Shown here: in pieces, positions 51,413 to 61,056 of the stretch
Numbering within the stretch: the stretch's first letter is position 1
How the letters are laid out: the number at the start of each line of letters is the position of its first letter
NCBI GenBank assembly: GCA_965223505.1
Contig: CBDCWP010000040.1
Span: 128,001 to 192,000, forward strand
Source: Planctomycetota bacterium
GTDB lineage: Bacteria; Planctomycetota; PLA2; JAEUHO01
DNA: 64,000 bases
Direction: 5' to 3'
Notes under the pieces: generated by a model
The model's database searches: none
What the model saw: only the letters and a program-made list of their open reading frames with translations
Told to the model about the DNA's origin: nothing
Made by a program: the position numbers and the translations under genes

Positions 51413-52492
51413 CTACGCGTTGCGGCGCTCGAAGTCTTCCATGAACGCGGCGAGGCGCTCCACGCCGTCCGGCTCCATCGCGTTGTAGATCGACGCGCGC
51501 ATGCCGCCGATCGTGCGGTAGCCCTTGAGCCCCACCATGCCGTTCGCCTCCGCCTCCTGCAGGAACGCGCCGTCGAGGCTGTCGTCCTTCAGCGTGAAAG
51601 GCACGTTCATGTTCGAACGGTCCTCGCGCGCGGCCGGGCCGCTGTAGAAGTCGGAGCTGTCGATCACGCCGTACAAGCGATCGGCCTTCGCCTTGTTGCG
51701 GACCTCCATCGCCGCCAGTCCGCCGTTGCTCTCGATCCAGCGCGCCACCAGCCCCACCACGTAGATTGCGAACGCGGGCGGCGTGTTGTAGAGCGAGCCC
51801 TTCGAAGCGTGCGTGTTGTAGTTGAGCATCGTCGGCAGGCTGTCGGGCGAGCGCTCGAGCAGCTCGTTGCGGATCAAGACCAACGTGACGCCTGCCGGTC
51901 CGAGGTTCTTCTGCGCGCCGGCGTAGATGACACCGAAGCGGCTCAGGTCCATCGGCCGCGAGAGGATGTCCGATGACGCGTCGCAAACGAGCGGCGCGTC
52001 CGTGGACGGGAACGCGTGGAGCTGGGTCCCGAAGATCGTGTTGTTCGACGTGACGTGGACGTAGTCCGCGTCCGGGCGCAGGTCGAGGTCCTTGGGGATG
52101 TGGTCGAAGTTCGTGTCCGCGCTGCTGGCCGCGACATGTCCGTGGCCCATGCGCTCCGCCTCGGCGTGGGCCTTCTTGCCCCAGTTGCCTGCGACGAGGT
52201 AGTCGCCCTTCGGTCCGAGGTTGTACGGAACCATGAAGAACTGCGACGACGCCCCGCCTTGCAGGAACAGCACGGACCAGTCGTCACCCGCACCGAGCAG
52301 ATTCCGAATCGACGCCTCGGCGCCTTCGTGAACGGCCGTGTATTCCGGCGAGCGATGACTCACCTCGGCGACGCCCACGCCGCATCCGCCGAGCGAGATG
52401 AGGTTCTCGGCGGCCTCCTCGAGCACGGCGAGCGGCAGCGTCGCGGGCCCCGCGCTGAAGTTCAACATGCGATCGGTCATGGTGCTGCTCAT
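51413..52492 (-). CDS. serC: Phosphoserine aminotransferase
   Basis: NFSAGPA, SHRS, LQGGAS, YAGAQKNLGPAG, NTPP, GGMRASIYNA. Confidence 0.97.
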   Translation of the reverse strand: MSSTMTDRMLNFSAGPATLPLAVLEEAAENLISLGGCGVGVAEVSHRSPEYTAVHEGAEASIRNLLGAGDDWSVLFLQGGASSQFFMVPYNLGPKGDYLVAGNWGKKAHAEAERMGHGHVAASSADTNFDHIPKDLDLRPDADYVHVTSNNTIFGTQLHAFPSTDAPLVCDASSDILSRPMDLSRFGVIYAGAQKNLGPAGVTLVLIRNELLERSPDSLPTMLNYNTHASKGSLYNTPPAFAIYVVGLVARWIESNGGLAAMEVRNKAKADRLYGVIDSSDFYSGPAAREDRSNMNVPFTLKDDSLDGAFLQEAEANGMVGLKGYRTIGGMRASIYNAMEPDGVERLAAFMEDFERRNA

Positions 52493-52590
52493 GGCGCCTC
52501 CTGCGATGGCGCGGATGGTACGACCGTCTGCTTCCCGGCTGGCGTTCCGCGCGACCGGGAGGAAGATCGGAGCGTTCGCTGGAGACAGCC

Positions 52591-53304
52591 ATGGCCGTCC
52601 ACGAGCTCGAGATCGCCGAGGTCATCCAAGAGACCCCGATGGACCGCACGTTCGTCCTGCCGATCCCGGCCGGGCTCGCCGAAGAGATGCGCTTCACCGC
52701 GGGGCAGTTCGTGATCGTCGTGGACCCGGACGCGGAGAAGCCGCTCCGGCGCGCGTACTCCATCTCCTGCGGCCCGGACGATGCCGAGGCCATCACGCTC
52801 ACCGTCCGTGACATGGGCGGCTTCGGACACGACTTCTACGGCTTCGAGCCCGGCAAGCGGCTCCAGGTCGCGACGCCGCAAGGCAAGTTCACGCTCGACG
52901 AAGAGGCGGCGGGCGACATCGTGATGGTGTCGGGCGGATCGGGCGTCACGCCGTTCCGTTCGTTCGTCCAGCACCTGCGCGCGGTGGGCACGGACCGCGC
53001 CGTGACGCTCTTTCAGAGCGCGCAGCAGGCGAACGAGCTGATCTTCCGCGAGGAGTTCGAAGCGCACGCCGCTGCGGGCGACTGGTTCACCTACGTGCCG
53101 ACGGTCACCCGGGCCGCCGACGACGACCCGTGGCCGGGCCGCCGCGGCCGCATCGACCTCGCGCTGGTGCGCAGCGCCGTGACGTCGCCGGAGACGGTCC
53201 GTTACTACGCGTGCGGTCCGGGCGCCTTCGTGCGGTCGATGTTCGAGATTGCGGAGGAGATCGGCGTCCCGAAGGAGCACCGCCGCAAGGAGCAGTGGGG
53301 GTAG
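52591..53304 (+). CDS. FAD/NAD(P)-binding oxidoreductase (ferredoxin-NADP reductase-like)
   Basis: FTAGQF, RRAYSI, GGSGVTPF, YACGP. Confidence 0.9.
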   Translation: MAVHELEIAEVIQETPMDRTFVLPIPAGLAEEMRFTAGQFVIVVDPDAEKPLRRAYSISCGPDDAEAITLTVRDMGGFGHDFYGFEPGKRLQVATPQGKFTLDEEAAGDIVMVSGGSGVTPFRSFVQHLRAVGTDRAVTLFQSAQQANELIFREEFEAHAAAGDWFTYVPTVTRAADDDPWPGRRGRIDLALVRSAVTSPETVRYYACGPGAFVRSMFEIAEEIGVPKEHRRKEQWG

Positions 53305-53519
53305 GGGCAGCCCTCGTGAAATTGGGTGACCTGTAGGGGCAGCCCTCGTGGCTGCCCAATTGGGCGACCAGTAGAGTAGGGGCAGCCCTTGTGGCTGCCC
53401 AATTGGGCGACCAGTAGGGGCAGCCCTTGTGGCTGCCCAATTGGGCGACCACGAGGGTCGCCCCTACGTGAATTGGGCGACCACGAGGGTCGCCCCGACA
53501 GCAAGAGGGTCGCCCCTAC
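53301..53519. repeat. GTAG-type REP cluster (4 forward, 3 reverse units, some truncated)
   Basis: GTAGGGGCAGCCCT(C/T)GTG(GCTGCCC) at 53301, 53333, 53376 and 53414; inverted GGGCGACCACGAGGGTCGCCCC(T/G)AC at 53443 and 53475; partial unit at 53505. Confidence 0.9.
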
Positions 53520-54718
53520 AGCAGATGCGTGAACAACCCCGAGCGCAGCTTCGGCTCGAACCACGTCGACTTCGGCGGCATCGTCATCCCCGCATCCGCC
53601 ACGTCGAGCAGCTCGTCCACCGACACCGGATACAACGAGAACGCCACCGCCGCTTCGCCCGCATCCACACGGCGCTCGAGCTCCGTAGTTCCGCGTGAGC
53701 CCCCCACGAACGCGATCCGCTGATCGTTGCGCGGATCGTCAATGCCCAGCAGCGGCGCGAGCACGCGGTCCTGCAGCACCTGCACGTCGAGACGCGCAAC
53801 CGCATCGCCGTCCACCGACCCCCAACGGAGTCGGCGCCACGCACCGCCCAGGTACATCCGTGCTTCGCCGCGCGCCGCAGGCGTGCCGTCGTCGGCGTCA
53901 TGCACCTGCATGACCTGCGAGAGCGCCTCGAGGAAGGCCGACTCGGACTGCCCGTGAAGATTCCGCACCAATCGGTTGTACGCCAAGATGCGCACTTGAT
54001 CGGAAGGGATGGCGACCCCCAGAAAGAACGCACTCTCCGCATCGGCTCCGTCGCCGCGCTCGCGATGCGCGTTCATGGCGGACGCGGAACGATGATGGCC
54101 GTCGGCGATGTACAGCGCGGGTACGGACGCCATGGCGTCGATCCACGGGCCGCAGTCGCCCACGCGCCACACCCGGTGCCGCACGCCGTCGTCCGCCGTG
54201 AAGTCGATCTCCGGCGCTTCGGCGACCGTGTCGGCGACGAGCGCGTCGAGCTCGGCGTTCGGACGGTACGTCAAGAACACGGGACCGGTCTGCGCCTCCA
54301 ACGTGAGCACGTGCTGCGTGCGCTCGGACTCCTTGTCGGAGCGGGTGTGCTCGTGCTTGCGAATCGTGCCGTCGACGTACTCCTCGACGGCGAACGTCCC
54401 GACGAGCCCGACCTGCGCGTGCTCGCCGTCCTGCTGCGCGTACAGATACAGCGACGGCGCGTCGTCGCGCGCGAGCAGGCCCCTCGTCTCGAGCGACGCA
54501 AGCTGTTCGCGCCCGCGCGCGTGCGCTCGCGCCACGTCCTTCGCCTCGTCGTGGGGTAGACCGATCTCCGGGCGTACGACGTGCAGGAAGTTGTCCGGAA
54601 GCGCTGCGGCCAGCTCCCTGGCTTCCGCGGTGCTCACGACGTCATAGGGAACGGAGGCGACACGCGCGGCGGCCTCGGCGGTCGGGCGCAACGCACGGAA
54701 GGGTCGAATGGTGCTCAC
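53516..54718 (-). CDS. DUF1015 family protein
   Basis: IRPFRALRP, VPYDVVS, IRKHEHT, LYIADGHHRSASA, MPPKSTWFEPKLRSGLF. Confidence 0.92.
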   Translation of the reverse strand: MSTIRPFRALRPTAEAAARVASVPYDVVSTAEARELAAALPDNFLHVVRPEIGLPHDEAKDVARAHARGREQLASLETRGLLARDDAPSLYLYAQQDGEHAQVGLVGTFAVEEYVDGTIRKHEHTRSDKESERTQHVLTLEAQTGPVFLTYRPNAELDALVADTVAEAPEIDFTADDGVRHRVWRVGDCGPWIDAMASVPALYIADGHHRSASAMNAHRERGDGADAESAFFLGVAIPSDQVRILAYNRLVRNLHGQSESAFLEALSQVMQVHDADDGTPAARGEARMYLGGAWRRLRWGSVDGDAVARLDVQVLQDRVLAPLLGIDDPRNDQRIAFVGGSRGTTELERRVDAGEAAVAFSLYPVSVDELLDVADAGMTMPPKSTWFEPKLRSGLFTHLL

Positions 54719-54801
54719 GCGCGCAGCGTACCGACGGATCGCGCCCCCGATTCACTTCCAACGAGCGTTCGAGTCGGCCACCGGCCGACGCGCGGTCAGC
54801 G

Positions 54802-55635
<834 letters not shown>

Positions 55636-56017
55636 CTCTCCCTAAGAGCCCCGCCCAAGGGCTGAGCCCAAAACGTACCCAGGGCACGACTGCAAATGAA
55701 CAAGCAGTCGCTGGAAATCAGGGCTCCCTGCCCTGATTCACCCTCCAAAAAGCCTTCCGTAGAAGTGCCTCGTACACAGGACGTCGGCTGTTGACCCAGA
55801 AATTCCAGCGATTTCTGAGATTTGCATTTGGGCATGAGTTCGCATCGCGCTCGTAACCCACTGACAGGCAGCCGGTTACCGTCGACAGAATTTCGCCGCA
55901 CGCGCAGGAATCGCGCGCGCGCCGGTGGCGGAAGGCCCGTCGCCACCGCTGTCGAATGCAAGGTGTCCCGCGCGCAGGACCGGGGAAGATGAGCGACCGC
56001 AACCTGCCGGAGACGCA

Positions 56018-56593
56018 ATGACGCCCGACCGATCCAAGCACGTTTCGTTCGACGACGAACCGCTGATCGTCGTAGACGAAGACGACAACGTGTTGGCGCA
56101 CCGGACAAAGGCGGACTGCCACGCGGGCGACGGCCTCCTGCATCGCGCGCTCTCGGTGTTCGTCTTCGACGCCGAGGGGCGCGTCCTCCTCCAGCAGCGA
56201 AGCGCGCGCAAGCCGTTGTGGCCACTTTACTGGTCGAACAGTTGCTGCAGCCATCCGCGACGCGGCGAATCGGAGGCAACCGCGGCGGTCCGTCGCCTGT
56301 ACGAAGAGCTCGGGCTCGAGGCCGAGCCGACGTTCCTCTACCGCTTCCAGTACCACGCGCCATTCGAGGACAAGGGCTCGGAGCGCGAGCTGTGCTCGGT
56401 GTTCATCGCCCGCGCCAACGGCTCCGTCGCGGCCAACGAGCACGAGATCGCCGACTGGCGCTGGCTCGAACCCGCGGCGCTCGACCGCGCGCTTCGCGAC
56501 GAACCCGACGCGTACACACCTTGGCTTCGCATGGAGTGGGCGCGCATCCGCGAAGACCACTGGCCGCAGATCGAGGCCATGCTCGAGGCCTGA
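56018..56593 (+). CDS. idi: Isopentenyl-diphosphate delta-isomerase, type 1
   Basis: LLHRALSVF, LLQQRS, WSNSCCSHP, RRLYEELG, ERELC, YTPW. Confidence 0.95.
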   Translation: MTPDRSKHVSFDDEPLIVVDEDDNVLAHRTKADCHAGDGLLHRALSVFVFDAEGRVLLQQRSARKPLWPLYWSNSCCSHPRRGESEATAAVRRLYEELGLEAEPTFLYRFQYHAPFEDKGSERELCSVFIARANGSVAANEHEIADWRWLEPAALDRALRDEPDAYTPWLRMEWARIREDHWPQIEAMLEA

Positions 56594-56637
56594 TTTCTCT
56601 ATAGTCGCCCGCCGCCGCAACGCGCCAGGAGCCGCAG

Positions 56638-57708
56638 GTGACCACAGCGCACGCCGAAGGAAGCACCCGCCGCCTGCTCCAGCTCTGCGTGGGCTACTAC
56701 GTCTTCTATGTGATCACCGGCGTCGCGGTGAAGTACTTCCTGAAGACCGATCCCGACTTCCCGGGAATGAGCGGCATCGAGTTCCTGGTGAACAGCACGA
56801 TCGCCGCGAACGTCTCCGTGCTGATCGTCATCGTCGCGCTGGGCTGGATCAAGCTGCGCTCGAACCGGCTCGTGCAGGTCGGTCCGCTGCGTGTTCCGTC
56901 CGAGCTGGCCTACATCATTCCGTCGGGCGTGTGCACAGGGATCATCATCCCGACGACGACGCTGATGTACACGCTGCCGATCTCCGTGATGGTCGCGATG
57001 GTCATCATGCGCGGCAGCGTGATCGTCATCAGCCGCGTCGTGGACGCAATTCAGATCTGCCAGGGGATCCTGAAGAAGCGCGTCTACGCGGAAGAGAACA
57101 TCGCGGTGCTGTTCGCGCTGGGGGCGGTCGCGACGAACGTGTTCGGCAGCGGCGGCAACGCCTTCGATTTCGCGAGCAACACGGCGGCGCTGGCGATCTT
57201 GATCTCGTACGTCACGGCGTACGCCTTCCGCATCTACATCATGAACTACTACAAGAACACCCGCGGGAAGGACGTTCCCCACGACAGCAAGGGCTTCTTC
57301 GCCCTCGAGCAGCTCGCGGCCTCGGGCACGCTGCTGCTGATGGGCGTGATCGTGTTCAACGCGCGCTCGTGGTTCGGATGGGACGACTTCCGGCTGGACC
57401 AGTTCGACGGCGCGATCCGTGACCTGAACGGCTTTGCGCTGCTGGCCGGGGTGCCGTTCGGCATCGTCGCGTTCTTCTCGGTGTTCATCTTCCTGTTCAA
57501 GGGACGTACGGCGACGTTCGCCGGCCTGGTGAACCGGCTGACGTCGCTGCTCGCGGGTGTCACCGCGACGCTCGTGTTCGCGGTCGTGCATGGCGGCAGG
57601 TACCCGACGCTCAAGCACTGGGCCTCGGTCGCCCTGATCGTCGTCGCCGTGTACTTCCTGACGCGCGCGGAGAAACGCCGCGCCGCGGAGCTCGCCGCGC
57701 AGGCGTAG
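56638..57708 (+). CDS. Multi-pass membrane protein (DMT-like), hypothetical
   Basis: About 10 hydrophobic segments; high-GC codon usage. Confidence 0.8.
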   Translation: MTTAHAEGSTRRLLQLCVGYYVFYVITGVAVKYFLKTDPDFPGMSGIEFLVNSTIAANVSVLIVIVALGWIKLRSNRLVQVGPLRVPSELAYIIPSGVCTGIIIPTTTLMYTLPISVMVAMVIMRGSVIVISRVVDAIQICQGILKKRVYAEENIAVLFALGAVATNVFGSGGNAFDFASNTAALAILISYVTAYAFRIYIMNYYKNTRGKDVPHDSKGFFALEQLAASGTLLLMGVIVFNARSWFGWDDFRLDQFDGAIRDLNGFALLAGVPFGIVAFFSVFIFLFKGRTATFAGLVNRLTSLLAGVTATLVFAVVHGGRYPTLKHWASVALIVVAVYFLTRAEKRRAAELAAQA

Positions 57709-57711
57709 GCG

Positions 57712-58179
57712 TCAGACCGTCGCCAGCTCGAGCAGCCCGTGACCGCCGTCGCGCAGCTTGCCCTGCTTGATCAGGAAGTCCCACACCTCGGGCGGATACT
57801 GCTCCGGCGGCTTCACGCCGAGAATGCGCGAGCTCTCCCCCTTGCTGAGCGGGTTGCGACTCGCGGACGACTCGTCGTCGAGACGCACCAGCTTGAGACG
57901 CTTGCGGTACGCCTTGAGCGCGCGCTTGAGCACCGCCTTGTCCCACTCGCTGAGCGGCATCGTGCCGGCCTCCCAGCCTTCGACGACCGCACGCACGTCG
58001 GCCAGGCTGCGTTCGAGGACCGGCAGCGCGACGTCGGCATCCTCCTCGGCGCCGGCGGACTCGAGTAGCTGTTCCGCTTCGAGCCACAGCGCATCGGCGT
58101 CGGCGTCCGCGGCGGCGGCGATGGCATCGACCAGTCCGTTCATTCGATGCAGCAGAAGCCAGTTCTCGACGGGTGCCAC
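57712..58179 (-). CDS. Conserved hypothetical protein (planctomycete-type C-terminal domain)
   Basis: LKRALKAYRKRLKLVRLDDES...PPEQYPPEVWDFLIKQGKL..GHGLLEL, a motif I recall from Planctomycetota small proteins. Confidence 0.7.
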   Translation of the reverse strand: MAPVENWLLLHRMNGLVDAIAAAADADADALWLEAEQLLESAGAEEDADVALPVLERSLADVRAVVEGWEAGTMPLSEWDKAVLKRALKAYRKRLKLVRLDDESSASRNPLSKGESSRILGVKPPEQYPPEVWDFLIKQGKLRDGGHGLLELATV

Positions 58180-58272
58180 ACCGTGAAGATACCCGGCCGG
58201 CGCGCGACGCGCGGGCGCGACAGCAAACGCCGCGGAATCTAGAATGCGCGGCGCTCTCTGGAGGGTGCCGCC

Positions 58273-59607
58273 GTGTCGAGACTCGAAACGCTCTTGCGCC
58301 AACAGCTGGGCGGTACCCGCTTGCGCCATCTCAGCAGCCGTGTCGGGGAGGATGAGCAGGCTGTCGGGTCGGCCGCGCAGTCCGCGATTCCGCTGCTGAT
58401 CGCCGCGCTCGCGCGCAACACCCAGCGGCGCGGCGGCGCGCAGTCCCTGTACGGCGCGCTCGAGCGCGACCACGACGGTAGCGTCGTCGACGCGTTCGGG
58501 GACGGCGGCGCGGACCTCGCCGGCATGGGCGACGCGATCCTCGGGCACATCCTCGGCGGCCGGCGGCGCGACGTCGAGCGGCACGTGAGCAAACAGAGCG
58601 GTCTGGGAGGCGACGCCACCGGACGTCTGATGGCGAACCTGGCGCCCTTGATCATGGGCGCGCTCGGCCGGCAGCAGCGCGAGCGACGGATGAGCCCGCG
58701 GGGCCTCACGAACTACCTGCGCCGCGAGCGGCGCGGCATCGAGCGCGGCAACCCGGGCGCGCAACAGCTGATGAACGGGTTCTTCGGCCGCAACAGGGGT
58801 GGCGGAAAGGCCAAGCTGGTCGTCGCGCTGGTGATCGCCGGCATCTCGGTGTTCGGGTACCTCAAGTCGTGCGACGTGAACCCGACGACCGGTGAGACGC
58901 AGTTCGTCGCGCTCACGACCGAGCAAGAGATCGCGCTCGGCGTCCAGTCGGCGCCGCAGATGAAAGACCGCCACGGCGGCCTCTATCACGACGCGCGCGA
59001 CCGCGAGCGGTTCAGCCGCATCGGACAGCGCATCGTTCGCAGTACGGACGCCGGCAAGACGCCGTACCAGTACGAGTTCCACTTGCTGGCCGATCCCGAG
59101 GTCGTGAACGCCTTCGCGCTTCCGGGCGGTCAGATCTTCATGACGTACGCGCTCTACAGCCGCCTCGACACGGACGGCAAGATCGCGGGCGTGCTCGGGC
59201 ACGAGATCGGGCACGTGGTCGCGCGGCACAGCGCGCAGCACATCGCGAAGGCCAAGCTGGCCCAGGGGCTGCAGGGCGCGGCCGTTCTGGCGACGTACGA
59301 CCCGGACAAGCCGTCGACCACGAAGACCGCGGCGGTCGCCGCGATCATCTCGAAACTCGTGACGATGAAGTTCGGCCGCGACGACGAGCTCGAGTCCGAC
59401 AAGCTGGGCGTCAAGTACATGGCCGAGGCCGGCTACGACCCGCGCTCGATGATCAGCGTGATGGAGGTGCTCGCCGAGGCCGGCGGAGGGGGCCGGCAGC
59501 CCGAGTTCTTCAGCACCCACCCCAACCCCGAAAACCGCATCGAGAAGATCAAGGCGGCCATCGACGCGGTCTTCCCCAAAGGGGTGCCGGAAGGCCTGAC
59601 GCGCTAG
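58273..59607 (+). CDS. DUF937-like domain fused to M48 family Zn metalloprotease
   Basis: AIPLLIAALARN...HDGS...GDAILGHILG...LAPLIMGALG; TM; VNAFALPGG, HEIGH, ELESD, FFSTHP. Confidence 0.88.
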   Translation: MSRLETLLRQQLGGTRLRHLSSRVGEDEQAVGSAAQSAIPLLIAALARNTQRRGGAQSLYGALERDHDGSVVDAFGDGGADLAGMGDAILGHILGGRRRDVERHVSKQSGLGGDATGRLMANLAPLIMGALGRQQRERRMSPRGLTNYLRRERRGIERGNPGAQQLMNGFFGRNRGGGKAKLVVALVIAGISVFGYLKSCDVNPTTGETQFVALTTEQEIALGVQSAPQMKDRHGGLYHDARDRERFSRIGQRIVRSTDAGKTPYQYEFHLLADPEVVNAFALPGGQIFMTYALYSRLDTDGKIAGVLGHEIGHVVARHSAQHIAKAKLAQGLQGAAVLATYDPDKPSTTKTAAVAAIISKLVTMKFGRDDELESDKLGVKYMAEAGYDPRSMISVMEVLAEAGGGGRQPEFFSTHPNPENRIEKIKAAIDAVFPKGVPEGLTR

Positions 59608-59653
59608 GCCTTGCGTGATACCGTCGTACGGGATACGAGGCGCGGAGGCGTGC

Positions 59654-60247
59654 ATGAAGCCCGAACAAGACGAGCCCACGGTGAGCAGCAGCCCATGTGA
59701 GACGAGCGGGTACGGCCTGTACCCGGACGTTCATCCCGTCGTCGAGCAGTTCGCGCGCGACATCGCGCAGATCATCGAGAGCAACGAGCCCGAGGACGTG
59801 CCCGCGCAGGTCTCCGAGAAGCTCGAGGCGGTCCTCGCGACCGACGATCTGCTGGCCGAATGCCATCGAGAGACCGGCGACGAGACGTACCGCCGGCACA
59901 TCCTCTACGCCGATCCCGATCGTCGCTTCACGATCCTGGCGCTGGTCTGGAAGCCGGGCCAGCGAACGACGGTCCACGGTCACACTGCGTGGGGCTCCGT
60001 CGGCGTCTACGAGGGCCGGCCGAACGTGACCTGCTACGACTGCACGGAAGACGAGGACGGCGCCGTCACGCCGCACGAGACCCAGGACATCTGCTGCGAG
60101 CCGAAACAGACGACGCACGTCCAGCCCGGGCTCTGCGGCACGCATCGCATCTACAACGACACCGACGACGTGGTCATCACCATCCACACGTACGGAAGGG
60201 ACCTCGTCCAAGACCCCGAGTCGATCAACATGGTCTTGTCCAACTAG
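59654..60247 (+). CDS. Cysteine dioxygenase family protein
   Basis: YRRHILY, LVWKPGQRTTVHGH, HRIYN, TIHTYG. Confidence 0.88.
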   Translation: MKPEQDEPTVSSSPCETSGYGLYPDVHPVVEQFARDIAQIIESNEPEDVPAQVSEKLEAVLATDDLLAECHRETGDETYRRHILYADPDRRFTILALVWKPGQRTTVHGHTAWGSVGVYEGRPNVTCYDCTEDEDGAVTPHETQDICCEPKQTTHVQPGLCGTHRIYNDTDDVVITIHTYGRDLVQDPESINMVLSN

Positions 60248-60314
60248 CGATCGACTGGAGCAGATGCTCAAGAACGCGTAGTCCGCTTGCTACCGTCTGC
60301 GGCGGAGGTACGCC

Positions 60315-60743
60315 GTGGAAGAGCAGCACGACGATCCGGCCGCGCAGCGGCCCGAGAGCAAGGCGGGTTGGCGGGAGAAGCTCGAGAGCGCGAAGGAGTG
60401 GTTCGGCAGCCTGAAGGACAGGCTTCCGAACGTGGACCCGCGTGTGGTCGAGGCGCTACGGCTGAAGCTGGCGACGACGTTGCTGGCCCCGGTGCGCGAG
60501 AAGGTGCGGTTCCACACGTCCGACATTCGAAAGAAGCTGCTCTGGATCTTCGGTGCGGTCGCGGTCGCGTTGGTGGCGACCGGCTACTTCACGAAGATGG
60601 AGGTCTTTTACTGGTCGGCCTATTCGTTCGTGCTGAGCCTGGTGATCCTGCTGGTGGTCGTATCGATGGTGCAGACGCGCGTCCTGAAGGTGATCGAGGA
60701 CGTGCACGACCGCGTCGTAGGCAGCCACCCGGCGGAGGGTTAG
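60315..60743 (+). CDS. Two-TM hypothetical membrane protein
   Basis: GGAGG RBS, GTG start, two hydrophobic helices. Confidence 0.7.
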   Translation: MEEQHDDPAAQRPESKAGWREKLESAKEWFGSLKDRLPNVDPRVVEALRLKLATTLLAPVREKVRFHTSDIRKKLLWIFGAVAVALVATGYFTKMEVFYWSAYSFVLSLVILLVVVSMVQTRVLKVIEDVHDRVVGSHPAEG

Positions 60744-61007
60744 CTACAGCACCGTGCTCGAGACTTCCGTCGTCTGGGGCGGATCGCTGCTGTCCAGGAC
60801 GCGGATCTTGACTTGGGTGCCGGAGGGCGTGTGCGGCGGCACCATGACGTGCGCCGTGTTCGTGCCCGGCGTGATGGTCACGCCCGGCGGGTTGTCCGGC
60901 GGCGGCGGCGCCACGAACTGGTACGGCGGCGTGCCGCCGTCCGCGGTCACGGTGAACCCGGCGTGCGGGTCAAACGGATTCGGGTTGGCTTGCGCGGTGA
61001 GCGGCAT
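60744..61007 (-). CDS. Small standalone Ig-like domain protein (87 aa)
   Basis: GGGGAG RBS; TADGGTPPYQF...PPGVTI...IRVLDS resembles putative-Ig repeats. Confidence 0.65.
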   Translation of the reverse strand: MPLTAQANPNPFDPHAGFTVTADGGTPPYQFVAPPPPDNPPGVTITPGTNTAHVMVPPHTPSGTQVKIRVLDSSDPPQTTEVSSTVL

Positions 61008-61056
61008 GGCGTTCTCCCCTGGGTGCTCTAGGAATCTAGAGTCGGTGGGTCGAACG

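Noticed and set aside
53301..53519. CRISPR array
   Set aside because: Units are palindromic GTAG-REPs in both orientations with no unique spacers, and there are no cas genes.
55845..55885. c-di-GMP-I riboswitch suggested by GGCAGCCGGTTACCG
   Set aside because: The 5' GGCAAAC...GAAA...GACGCAAA part of the consensus is absent.
58180..59679. Upstream part of the 655-aa ORF 57712-59679
   Set aside because: Antisense to the M48 protease; only the last ~155 codons look like a real protein.
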